The notes under the pieces are model-generated. The model had not been told where the DNA came from, did not search any database, and saw only the letters and a program-made list of their open reading frames with translations. The position numbers and the translations under genes were made by a program. A stretch of 64,000 bases of DNA, taken from the NCBI RefSeq assembly GCF_009914755.1, contig NC_060926.1, one strand, 5' to 3'. Origin of the DNA: the human T2T-CHM13v2.0 reference genome, Homo sapiens. The first letter of the stretch is position 1. Each line of letters opens with the position of its first letter. This document shows positions 42,883 to 57,077 of the stretch, piece after piece.

Positions 42883-45855
42883 TTGAAGGATTTCAGCTAT
42901 TCGTGCTGTGTCACTGAAATTAGAACTAGTGTAAAAAGAAAAGTTCACGTACATATAATGCAAATATTCAGTGAGCTGGCACCCAACCTACCCTTGTTTG
43001 ATAAGGAATAATTGGAAATTTTCTATTTTGGCCTAGCAGTTTGAGGGCAGACAACTTCTTCTGACCTCATTTCCTCCTGATCATTGTGGACATACACCAG
43101 CAGCATTTCCTTGTCTTACAATAGTAAGCTTGCTAAAATAATAATAAATAAATAAATAAAAATAAAATAATAGTAAGCTTGCTAAAATAAAAAAACACGC
43201 TCGTACACACAACACATACACCTAAACACACGTATGCACTTTCTTTGTAAAGCTCTGTTTGAAATATACTAAAGAGGACTGTTCCTGAAGTAATCTTGCA
43301 GTCATGTCTGCTCTCATCCTTTGTTCTTTCAGCCTCACATTCCCAGTCTTCATGGGCTGACTGCCTGGGATTGACTTTTGCCTTCACAGATACTTATCTG
43401 CAAAAGATAGAGACAGAAAGTAGCCCGAGTCTCAAAGTTTTCTTGCTGCCACTGCCGTATGCTACCTCAGACCCCTCATTGCTTACCTGGGGGCTAAGCC
43501 CTGCCTCTAGGACCCTCAGGTTCCTGTGGATTCCTGTCTTGAGTATGGTGTGCCATCTTGTTTTTTTCTGAGCTGCTTGACTTGTTGACTCTTCATCAAC
43601 AAATGTTAGAATGCCTACTCTGTGTAGGCAGCTATACCAAGAACTGTGGATGCAATGTGGTGCCTGTCCTTTTTATGGGATGGTTATTTTGGAGAGTCTT
43701 GTTTGCTTTTCTAGTGTCCACAGGCTGGTATGATCTCTAGCCTTTATAGGCATTTCTCTTGACCCAGAATTTTGACTCTGCTAGACCACAAGCTTCTGGA
43801 TTTTTCCTGGAGTGGCCACTTCATTTTTCTACCCCTGTCATGAGTTACCAACCTTGGTGTGGCTTTCCTGGATGTGAATCAGTTCATTTAGGACTTTTCT
43901 CATATCTTCTCTAGTCCTAACCATTCTGGTTCCTGGAACTGATACTGATAGTAAATTCGCCATAATGGACCATATACAGTTAATGCTAGCATTTCTACCA
44001 GGGTTCTAAAAATGTCTGGTTTTAAGATTAAATTAAAAATAGTCCCTCTGAAAGACCTAAATAGAATAGTTTCTCTCTTTTTCTGTGTCAGTCTCTTTGG
44101 GATTTGGCTGCTTCTGGAATCTTACAAAGGTTTTGCTTTTGATCCAAACACTGCAAGGCACTTTGTGAATGTGAGTAAGATAGTCTACATGGGCTGAAAA
44201 TTTAAGACCATTTAATGAAAGTTGTCTGGCTGCAGGAAAAATGCTCATTTTTACAAATTGTCTTAAAGTTCTGATTTATAGATCTGTTCTGCATTTTTCT
44301 ACTACCACTGGATTTTATTACTGGCACATTATATTTAATTAGGATAGAAGGAATGTGTGTGCTCATAATTATTTAAAATGATTTCAGGACATATATTTAG
44401 AGAATCGAGTGTAAATACTTAATAATAGTTAAAAGATAAAAATTCAGTTTTAGTATTATGCAAAATGTCTAGACTCTATAATTAGCCTGGAGTAGATTAA
44501 ATTATGCACCTCTAATCACTATTTTATACATGTCTTTCAAAGTGACATCAATTGTCATCAAATTTGCTTATTATAAGATTTTGCTGGATGAGTACTTATA
44601 TTTTCAGTATATTTATTTTTTAGTGTCTTTGTGATTAAAAACATGTTAGCATGACTCTCAGGTTTTTAAAATTTGTTTTAATTACAATTAAGTGATGGTT
44701 TTCTAATTGTGTTGTCTGATTTTCAGCAGACCACTTAAATAGTTTGGTGTTAATGCAACTGTGGCTTTAGCAGATCTTGATCATTAGCTCTCAGATGAAT
44801 TTCTATGTAAAGGAATTTTGTTATCAATCTAATCTGTAGAAAGAGTGTATCACTTTACATCTTGGTAATTGGGGTACAGTCTTTTTGTTGAGGTACATAG
44901 AAATATGTAGAATTAGAAGAAAATTACAGCAGCTCTTTACAGCATATAGGCAATACGAATAGAACTGTTCTTTCAGCACCTTCTGAAAAAGATGGGCCTG
45001 AAGTCATCCCAGTATGCAATAGCTGATTATTTGACAAAGCATGTATCAAATAGATGAAAATATCAAATAGACGTGTGTGTTAATAGTCCTCAACTTCCAG
45101 TTTAGCCTAGGTGTATATTTAAGGTAGGAGATGATGACAATCATACTCATATTCACTCTTTTAGACTTAGAAGTTTTCTTGGAGACCCTATAATTCAACA
45201 TTCTTGGTTTTTGTAAGGGAGAAGACTAGTTGGACAATGTTAGTTACTTCTCTGAGATCTCAGAGATGGTCAGCTCCTGGGTGCCTGTTTAGTTCAGGCA
45301 TTCCCCTGTGACAGGATATGACAGCACAGTGAAAAAGGGCCGGTTAGCACGCTCATAAACAACACTGAATCTGAAAGTCCACACCAGTTGGAAGAATTAT
45401 CCTTTCCAAAGAAGCTACAAATGACTGATAGTTTTTCCAATATATTCTGTAATTTTCAGAGGTATCTTAGCTTGTTATTATTTTAAAATTGTACATAATT
45501 TAGAAGAATGAAAATTCTGTTTGTTAGAGAAATTAGTTGTGATTTAGGTAAACAAAGCACAATCATGACTTTTTTTTAAACAATCGAAGTCCCAGTGAAC
45601 AATTTTTGTGATGCTATGAAATGTGCTCAGAAGGTGGGCTTATTTGAAGGTCATTTTTCTAAATGATAACTTAAAAAAATAGTTGCCACTTTGTATGATA
45701 GTAGTTTTGTACCCACATGAAGAAAGCATTAAAAATTCTCTGTTCTCTTTCTCTTCTTGGTAGGTTGTGTTCTTATCTACCATACTGGTTTGAGATTACT
45801 GTAGAAGTATGTTTCTAATTGCTACATTGTGACAATTACTTAAACATATCTACTA

Positions 45856-46173
<318 letters not shown>

Positions 46174-47049
46174 GGAGCAAGATTATCATCTCTAAAGATT
46201 CCTGTGTTATATGTATGAAGGGTACCATGATTGCACAGAATATTGTTTTCTGTATAGTACAGAGAAATCAAGGGTGACAACTTCAAATGCCTTTTACTTT
46301 ACAGGGTTGTGCAGACATGCCCTCAGTCTGTCTCTTGGGGATTTGCTCTACAGAGGCCCCTGTCTCAGTTCAGCCAGTAGATATATTCCAGGCTCAGGTT
46401 GTGGTGGTGCAGGAGAAATCAAGAGTTGGGCTTCTCCTAGGTAGGACAAAAAGAGAGGAAGAGAGCACACAAAAGACAATAGTAGTAGTTCTACAAAAAT
46501 CTTACTCTTCCTTTATTAAAACAGTGTAAAATTACAAAGTACACATTAGCATTTGCATAATAAATTTTAGGACAAACATCTATAACTTACAGTGAAAGAA
46601 TTTAAAGAAATGGCAACATTTAGTTAAAAACCTTTATCTTTGTTAATCATTTCTTTAATTCTCTTCTTCTTATTTTTTTCTCTCACTCAGTATCTTCGGC
46701 CGTTAATTGAATGAGTGGAGGACAGTTAAAGCCACAGGTTTTCATATGTGGAGAGGCTGCTCCTTAATGTCTTTGCTGGTCTCTTGCCGTTCTCTCCTGC
46801 TGCTAACATTAATTACTTTGCTGATGGCTCTAATTGACCCAGTAAAAGAATCTTATCTGTGTTCAGCCCTTCCCAGGTCCTGAAGTCTTTGCAGCTTCTG
46901 CTTGCTTTCAGCCTTTATAAATAGCCTTCCAAGTTCTGAGTTCTGGTTCTAGAGTTCCCTTTCCTTTGAAAGTCCTACCCCTTGCTTAAGCCTGTGGATC
47001 ACTGTTTCTAAACCCACCTTTTCAACACTATTGCCCCATATCACTGATG

Positions 47050-47430
47050 CCCCAGCTCAACTGGACTTTTAGCTTTTCCCTGAATAGGCCTCTTTGCCTT
47101 TTCCTGTTTCATGGATTTGTACACAGTGGTCCCTGTCTATAGGATCTTCTCTTTCCTGCCCATATTTCCCTGTCCAAATTGTATCGTAGAGACTGCCTAA
47201 GCCCTGCTTCTTCACTAAAGGGTTCCCTGATCATATTAATTGAAATTAATTTTCTCCTTGAGGGCTGCTTGATGCTTTGTTTGTTATTTATGGTAGTAGG
47301 CTAACTGCTGCCTTGGCTTATTTTAGCAATGAGATTATAATCACCTTGACGGTGAGAGGCATTTTGTTTCTCTTTTTGTCTTTACCTACTCCCACCAGCT
47401 GATATTCAGGGAACATCTGTCTCATTGAGT
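47050..47430 (+). mobile_element. L2 fragment
   Basis: ttccctgaataggcc...tttgtacacagtggtccctg...gagattataatcaccttgacggtgag resembles the L2 3' region. Confidence 0.5.
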
Positions 47431-47599
47431 TTAGGGGATGTAGGGAAAGCCTGGTCAGCTGCTGCTCCCTGCATGGTAGGTGGTGGTATTGTGAATGTCT
47501 GTGGTTCCTGGTGTTTCCTGGACTCGAAATTAGTCCTTAATTAAATAATTCCTTTATTAAAGGAACTATGCTTCTTTTCCTTTAAAAATATAGCTTGTA

Positions 47600-48500
47600 T
47601 TGTGGTTTCGTCTTAAAATGGCAGTATACATTCATTGTAAAAATTTTGGGTAATACAGTTAAGCAAAAGAAAGAAAATAAAAACTCTTGAAAGTTCTGCA
47701 GGAAACAGTAGCTCACTGCTACATTTGGTATACACCTTTTCAGACATTTTTCTATATGTGAATGTATGTATATAAACATACTTCTAAAAAGTTGCCAAGC
47801 ATAGTATTCTTTTATTTTTCTTTTCACTGAATGATGTTGTGAACATCTTTCTAAGTGTGAAAGCCTTGAAAGCTGCTCTCACCTACATCATGCATGTATT
47901 GTTTTTTGTCTAGTCATTTCCTCAGGAAACCCTTATGAGTGGAACTTGTGGATTATAGGGTGAACATGCTTTCAGGGCTTTTGATACCTATTGCCAAATT
48001 GCCCTCTGCATGCCAGTTTTCCTACATCCTTGCCAGCAGTGGCTACTGTCATTCATTTTTATTTTCTAAAGTGATGGGGGAAAACGATCTCTTTCATTAT
48101 TTTAATTCACAGGTATTTTATTGCTAGTGCAGCTGTAGGTTGGTGTATGATTGATCACCATGAATATTTCTTGTTTTCTTTTTTTCATGAGTTGCATGTT
48201 GTATACATAATTCTTCATGTTTATTTAAATCCAAGTTTATTCATAGGTTATATATATGTATGTAAATATATATGTATGTATATTCATATATATATATCTC
48301 TGTGTACATTATACATATATAAATAAATTCAACTATATTTGTACACATATAAAATTTGTTGTTGTTAGTAGAAACTTTTCCCCCTAGATTATTTTTAGAT
48401 GTTTTTTGTTGGTTGTACATCTAGAAATGTGTTTTGTTTTTGCATATTTATCTTGTAACCAGTCACCTTACTTAACTGTTATTATTTCTGATAGTTTTTC
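47600..48500 (-). mobile_element. L1ME-type fragments with a TA-rich tract
   Basis: gtatacattcattgtaaaaatttt...ttgccaaattgccctc...catccttgccagcagtgg. Confidence 0.55.
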
Positions 48501-50622
48501 TGTTGGTTTCTTTTTTATTCTTTTGGCTATTTTATATATACCTAGGAAGAATAGAACACCATATAAACAGATGTGCAGTTTTTCTGTATAGAATGAAAAA
48601 TGAAAAAAGTAAAGAAAAAAGTAAAAAAATGAAAAGAGTTCTTTTCCTAGAATGTGGCAAAAACTGGACTTGGAAGAGAGTAGTTTCTTCTGTACAAGGT
48701 TACCAGAAGGCAAAGCTGATCATGGATCCTCTTCTGTTCTCTGCAATTTCTCTATGTGTGATGCTTGCTTTATAGTTATGTTAATAAATATTGGATGTAT
48801 CAGAAAAGAAGCTGGATTAGCAATAGTCACCAACTACATTCATTATTAGCTTTGAAATTTGTTCATCATAGCATTTCAGTGATGTGTAACTATGTGCAGA
48901 AGATAGGCCTTTTTTATTTGGATCCAGTTTTCCTTGTGTTTAATTTTTTTTTTTTTGGTTTTATGACATACGGGGGTAAAACTAGATTGTGAAAGTAACC
49001 ATGATTCTGTCATAAAGGAATCTCAAAATTACTGGAAACTTGGAGAGACACTGGTAGCCACAACTAGAAATGTGTTATCCACTTCATATGGTCGAGCTTT
49101 AAGTTAAGGGGAAGAAATGAAACATCTTTCATCTTTTATTTAAAGATTTTTCTTCTGATACCACCCTCCTCAGAAGGGAACTCTCACTGGCTTTTAGGCT
49201 GATCAAGCCAGCTGAGTGAGGGTTCTCAGCTTTTATATCACCTCAAGTCTCCTAACTCTTTGTTTCTCCACTCTACAATTAGCTTGCAGGCCTGCCTATG
49301 TTTCCTGTCCTCATTATACTAGGGTTTTCTAAACTTTATTATGGCTAATGGGACCATTACCTGAGATGCAGGAGTACCTACACATTTACATTTCCACTGC
49401 AATCTCTCATATGGTTTAGGAGATCATTAAATTTCTCTTGTTACCCCAAAGAAAAACCTCTATAACCTATTCATGCTAGGAACATTCTCTGCCTGCAGTT
49501 CTGTTCCTATGAAATGTGCCCACACTTACCAGCCCTTGCCGGGCATGCCATCTTTGTCTGACTTAACGCAAAGCCTCTATGCAACCTATAATTATTTTCA
49601 CCCACTTAATATATCATTGCTACATGCTTAAATCCCAGCCTCTCCATGTCCTCGATCTTTTAACGTAGCTTAAAATTCTTACTGTATTGTTTACACTCAA
49701 AGGAGTGTATATTTTTTAGCTGAAACAACTTTTGGTATGAAAACTATTTTAGGTGGTATGAGTCTATTTTTTTTTTAAAACTTTAGAAAAGTAATGGTTG
49801 AAAAATTGTTATACTTTTAAAGTCTTCTGTTACAAAAAGAAAAGAAATATAAGAGCAAGCATAATTGTAGGATACAAGCTTATGTTTATATGAATGTATT
49901 GAGTTTAAATTTTGTGTCTGCATTACCACTTACAGTAATTATCTAGTGAATTTAAAATATCTTATGTGTATAAAAGGACAAAACAGAGAAGCTTCTAATG
50001 GAAAGAGGGAGCGGGCACGATGCTTCACTGTGGCTTCATGGAGCCTTGGGCATAACAATGTCACTACGCTCGAGGCTCCATGAAGTTGAGAGTCTCCGCA
50101 GTGACAGCATTGGTTGTCATTAAATGAATGAAATGTGTACCTGGAAGGAAGGGGTGGTAGGAGACTTCTTGGATGAATGTCAGCGCTCATTTAGGTGTGA
50201 TTAGGGCTCCCAGTACTGAGAACTTAAGTACTTTCAAGCAGCAGATAATCAGATGACTGACTTTGCATGAGAAATATGGGCATTTGTGGTACTCCTTTTC
50301 TAGATATCATTTAATTTTTCTACTGTTTGTTTAACTTCTGTTCCAGTCCCAATTTGAACACATATGGAAGTAACTTACATGTTTTACTACTGAGAATTGA
50401 ATTAGGGTATTTGTGCTACTGTTTACTTAGGAACAAAGATGTATGGCAAGGTGCATGGCTAGTCACCACCTGACAAGTTCAGTGTCTTGCAGTGAATGTG
50501 ATCTCATAGCTTCCTGACTTCCACAACTTACACTGCTGACTCCTCTTGCCCAGATCCACCTACTGATGTTATGCACTGAGAGAGCCTAAGGCACCTACTC
50601 AAGGCTTTCCTAAAACAGTGGC

Positions 50623-50984
50623 TGTATTAGTCCATTTTCACTCTGCTAATAAAGACATTCCCAAGACTGGGTAATTTATAAAGAAAAAGAGGTTTAATGG
50701 ACTCACAGTTCCACCTGGCTGGGGAGGCCCCACAATCATGGTGGAAGGTGAAGGGTATGTCTTACATGGTGGCAGACAAGAGAGAATGCGAGTCAAGTGA
50801 AAGGGGTTTCCCCTTATAAAACATCAGATCTCGTGAGACTTACTCACTACCATGAGAACAGTATCAGGGAAACTGCCTCCCATGAATCAGTGATCTCCCA
50901 CTGGGTCCCTCCCACAACACGTGGGAATTATGGGAGCTACAATTCAAGATGAGATTTGGGTGAGGACACAGCCAAACTGTATCA
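50623..50984 (-). mobile_element. THE1B-like MaLR solo LTR
   Basis: TGTATTAGTCCATTTTCAC...GGACACAGCCAAACTGTATCA with perfect 5-bp TSD GTGGC. Confidence 0.93.
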
Positions 50985-51152
50985 GTGGCCATGTGAAGTA
51001 TGATGACAGAACCCAAAAGCAACTGGAGGAGAGGACATACTCACAGACTGTTTGCTTACTAGAATCTCAGCTTTTGAGTATTTTCCACCTTGTAGACCAA
51101 CCTGACCTTCCATGTAGAACTCGATGTGTATACCTTAAATTTGGCCTTTAGG

Positions 51153-51293
51153 TAGGGTGACCATATGCCCCAGTTTTCCCAGGATAGCCCTTCCTGGTTT
51201 ATGTATGTCTGTTGTCCTGGCACAATTATTAATATGCCTCTTTTCATTTCCACAAATGCCCTAGTTTGGATGATAAATTATATGGCCATCCAG
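51153..51293. mobile_element. MER94-like (hAT-Blackjack) MITE
   Basis: TAGGGTGACCATATG...gtttggatgataaattatatggccatcc. Partial 8-bp TSD ending TTAGG on both sides. Confidence 0.75.
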
Positions 51294-51674
51294 TTGTTAG
51301 GCCTTGGTGCTTGCTACTATTCATCTAGACTTTTTTTTACCTAGTTCTGCTGGTGAAGAAATGCTGTGTGGGCCTCTAGGTTCCTTCAGACAAGCTTGTT
51401 CTCAGCAACTCACTCAATTTCCTAGTTAGAAATAAACTGAGTGCTTAATACAAAATTTCAGAGAATACAGATTTTAAAACTAGAAAGGACTTCAGAGACT
51501 GGTAGTTCAACCACTTTTTACAATGAAGTAAATGATTTTAAGTCATGTAGAAAAAATGATTTCCTTTGTGGTCCAATGTATATCTTTTCTAGTAGCCTTC
51601 CTCATAGCCCAAGGCCCAGTTAGCCACGTCGTCTTGTTCTGAACAATTGTTTTCTTTGATCAGCCTGCCCTTAA

Positions 51675-52026
<352 letters not shown>

Positions 52027-52278
52027 GGTTCTTTGTTTAAAGTAAGGGGTTCAAGTTATTTTCCAAAAAAACTGGATCTACTCTTCTTGGTTAATAGCTT
52101 TCCTAGATACTAGGGAATCTTGGTACCTAACTTTTCCAATTATTAGAATCCTTGGCTTCTCCATATGGAACTTCCTTGTAATGGAAGATATAAACTTTTG
52201 GGAGTTTTGACCACATGGCTGTTTATGTGTCTACTTACATTAGAAACATGAATCTCATATTCAAGGATTCCAACAAAT

Positions 52279-52329
52279 ACACACACAGACACACACACAC
52301 ACACACACACAGACACACACAGACACACG
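52279..52329. repeat. (CA)n interrupted microsatellite
   Basis: Seen directly. Confidence 0.93.
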
Positions 52330-52589
52330 TCTATACACATACATATAAAACTTTCCTGAGGTAAATCTCTTTTTGTGAATTTCCAATTCCTAAATATAAT
52401 AGCAGCTCTGCTTGTATAGTTGCTGATGATTGTGAAATTCTTTGAACATAGATTTCTAAAAGATATTTGTGATAAATCCTGAAATTAGGACAGTTTAGAC
52501 AATGTTTCAGTGACAAACATGAAATCTGAGACTTCAGCACTGTAAAATGTTATCTCTTCCCCACACTGCGATATAGTGCAAGTTGAGTA

Positions 52590-52898
52590 GCTCTTTTAGA
52601 CAGTTCTTCTCCAAATCATGATGAAAGGGTCTAGGCTGCATTCATATTTCTGTTATGCCATCTGGAGCATGTGGCTTCCAGGGTTGCCATGGAAGAGAGG
52701 GCTTAGATAATCCTGCAGGGATTTTAGTGGTCACACTAGAGGGGCAGACATCACTTCCTTCATGTCTCATTAGCCATGATCCATTGTCTTGGCCCTAACC
52801 TAACTGCAGCAGAACCTGCAAAATGTGGTCTTATCAGGATGCCAGGAAGGGGAAAATGAAATAGCATTTGGTGGACACACAGCATTATTTCTGCCACA
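52590..52898 (-). mobile_element. Old MLT1 (J/K/L-like) LTR fragment
   Basis: catcacttccttcatgtctcattagcc...cctaactgcagcag...tttggtggacac...ctgccaca. Confidence 0.6.
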
Positions 52899-55458
52899 GT
52901 TCCCTTCATTGACCTGATTCTTGGCTCATTTGTCATGTTTCAATAGTTTTATATTCTCCTGCTCTTACATGTTCTTCATATTTTGAGTAAAATCATATTT
53001 AGTCTCATTCTAGAGTTCCTAGAGTTTTCACCACTTTAGTGGTGCAGATTCACCATGAAGGGCAGAGTGAGTGGGTTCAAGAGTTTCCTTGTTCTAGTTC
53101 TTCCACTTTCTTTCACTGGCTTGAACTTCCATCCTACGTTTATTCATTTACTTATAAAGGTCACTCCTCTTTCAACAGATAACCTGCATGAGAAGCATGG
53201 GAGTAGCCAGAGAATACAGCTTTTCTGTAGCTTCAGTGATTGAAAAAAGATGTTTATTTTAGAATTTAGGATGTTCAGAGTTTGCCCACAAGTTGTTAGC
53301 ATCTTCAGAACCAAACATCCAATTGGCTGATCAACAAAGTAAAATGCCAGTTTATATTTGGGTCCGCAATTGCTAAATAGATGAGTATTAGCATTTCAGA
53401 ACATTCTGTTTCCAACAGGAAATTGTATTAGGACTACAGAAAGCAGAGGTGGAGGAAAGGACAACTCATCTTCAGGCATGTGGAGACATAGATTACCGGT
53501 TCCTTCCTGGCTGGGTGGGGCTGGAGACACCACTGCACAATCAACTATTCCCTTCTCCCTTTTTAGTGTTTCTTGTCCATCATCAAAAATTACATTTCAC
53601 TATTATTTCAAGACTTTTATAATTAATTAGGTTACATTTCAGTTGATGTAATTCACTCTCAAGGAGATTACAAAATAATATTTTTGAGTGAGGTGATCAA
53701 TCTTGCACATTTGTGCTGATTTTGCTTAGTTTCAATTTGAAAGTTGCATTTTTCACCCTGTTTCCAAGCCCCTATAGCAGGTGTTGGTAGATGTTTGCTC
53801 ACTCAGCAGATATTGATTAAGGGCCTACTATGCATTAGGCATTATGCCAGGTGCTAGGGATACTGTGATGAGTGGAATAATTAGTTTCAAGGGAGGCTGG
53901 CTGTGGTCAGACAGAAGGAAAGAATGGAGTAAATGGGGATGTGTGCTATTTACAGGAAGTAGAAGAGTGGACTGGCATGGTGAGGAGGGGCATATGGTGG
54001 TGTATTTCTCTCAGTATTTGCCATAGACCTCCTGAAAAGTAGCTGTTTTTCTTCTTTAAGATTCTAAAATGCCAGAGATACTAGAAACAGGTATGTTCAT
54101 GAGAAGAAGAGACCCTTAAAAAGAGGGAAATAGGATAATTAAAGTGACCTTTATGAGATTTGGGAATTCATGGTTAGAATGCCCTTGTAATTACAGGCAA
54201 AATTAAGATAACGTTGTTTCCAACTCTTAGATGTGCTCCAATGATTGTGTGGTTGAAAATGTTGAAAATAGTAAATTACCTGTAGAGAGACACAGTTGGA
54301 ATGTAGTTAGGGAGACCTCTCTGCCTCCTGGTGTTGCAGAAGCTTTCTGCAGAAGAATGATACCATCACCAGCTTCATCTATGTATATCATAGTGCTGGT
54401 AGCCAACTTAATTAACTAGCAGTGAAATAAGTTTCTGCACCCTGTGAGATATTCCCCATGTATACAGAGTTCAGTAATTGTCATTACTTTTACTATCTGA
54501 GATTTTTAAAAAGGAATGAGTAGACATACCACAATTTAGTTTCAAGTGTAGAATTATCCTTCAGTACACATTTGGTTTGTGATTTTAATGGGAAACATGT
54601 CTAAAGTTTAAGCATTGGCTTCCTTTCTGTGTTGGAAAGGTTGTCCTTCATCACACACAGGACATACGCAGGACATACCCAGGAGGCCCCCAGTTACTCT
54701 GTTGACTGGTGCTCAACACCCCTTTCCAGCCCTCTTCACTGGATTATTTTTAGAATGCATCAGATGCAGCTCTCAAAATGATGCAAAATCATTGAGTCCT
54801 CCCATTTTTCAGCTAAAGAAGTAGTGTCACAGTTTCCTAACAAGAAAACCTACTATGAGGCAAAATTATAGAAAATCAGAATAGCAGAATAGGGCATGAG
54901 CTGAGGAATCTTCTGCTTTAGCCCTTCATTTTTGCATAAGAAGAAATAAAGACCCAAGTTTAGAGCATACAGCTGGCTTAGAGTGGGACCTACTCTTGTC
55001 CTTCAGTTCCCATTAGGATTAAATGAGTTAATACCATTATAGTCCTTATAACAGTACCTGTGCCATAGTAAGTGGTCAGCAAATGCGAGTTATCACTTGT
55101 CATTATTCCTAGTGATAGAGCCCAAACAGGAACCTAGATGCCCTAATAATCCAGTGCTCTTCAGGAGGCACATATTTTGTATTTCCACATTGTATAGGGA
55201 GAAATATGTTTTAAGAAGTTGAGTTAAAATAAAAATAGTGACTGCCACAATGCCAATTAATGTGTACCTAATCAGCATACTCAGTACTCTGTACTGAATA
55301 AGTACTAGGCTAAGAAATGCAGTACTTAGCCTAGTACTGCATAGTCTGAGTTAAGTACTGCATATTCATGGTTTCCTTTAATCCTCACAATGTTCTATGA
55401 GATTCACATCCTTGACCATCTCCATTTGACATACAAGTTGGGGAACTTGCCTATTTAA

Positions 55459-55826
<368 letters not shown>

Positions 55827-55846
55827 CCTTACCCTTCCTTTTATCC

Positions 55847-56499
<653 letters not shown>

Positions 56500-56669
56500 C
56501 TTTATACTCTTCCTTGGTGATTACATTTTATGACATTCCAACTGTTTAGGGCATAATTGTGGAATTTTTATAGGATCTGTCTCCTCAAGTTACTTGCCTT
56601 TTGGTTTGTTCTGTATTAATTAACATATCAATCAGATCCTGAATAATGTGAATAAAAAGAGTTCACCGT

Positions 56670-56763
56670 CCGGGAGGCGGAGCTTGCAGTGAGCCGAGAT
56701 CGCACTACTGCACTCCAGCCTGGGCGACAGGGCGAGACTCAGTCTCAAAAAGAAAAAAAAAAA
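56670..56763 (+). mobile_element. 5'-truncated AluY (last ~76 nt plus A tail)
   Basis: ccgggaggcggagcttgcagtgagccgagatcgc... Perfect 16-bp TSD AAAAAGAGTTCACCGT at 56654-56669 and 56764-56779. Confidence 0.93.
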
Positions 56764-57013
56764 AAAAAGAGTTCACCGTTGGATTGTCTGTGTCTTGTCT
56801 TTTTTTTTTTTTTTTTTTTTCTGCAGATTGGGGAGTAATTTATTCCTGGATACTGTGTGAAACTCGATGATAACCTGTTTTTGTTTCTGTACTAACCATG
56901 GACTGCAGCTATTTCTGGTTTGCATGCCCCTCACGTTCATTTATTGAGCCGATTGTTTTTAAACCTCCAAGTGTCTTAGATGCAGAAATCACTCTATTTT
57001 CTTTCCTTTGTAG

Positions 57014-57077
57014 TGGTTTGTTGTCTTCTGATTATGTGGAGATTCACTACGAAAATGGGAAACCACAGTACTCTAAG
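57014..57077 (+). CDS. ADAM23: ADAM23 internal coding exon (prodomain; probably exon 4), 64 nt, phase 2 to 0
   Basis: Acceptor ctctattttctttcctttgtAG and donor AAG|GTACGG. Encodes (N)GLLSSDYVEIHYENGKPQYSK, visible inside ORF 56898..57113 and continuing the ADAM23 sequence ...LILNNGLLSSDYVEIHYENGKPQYSK. Confidence 0.95.

Noticed and set aside
45736-45769. Polypyrimidine-TAG|GTTGTG as a recursive splice site
   Set aside because: The reconstituted donor GTTGTG is a poor match to GTRAG.
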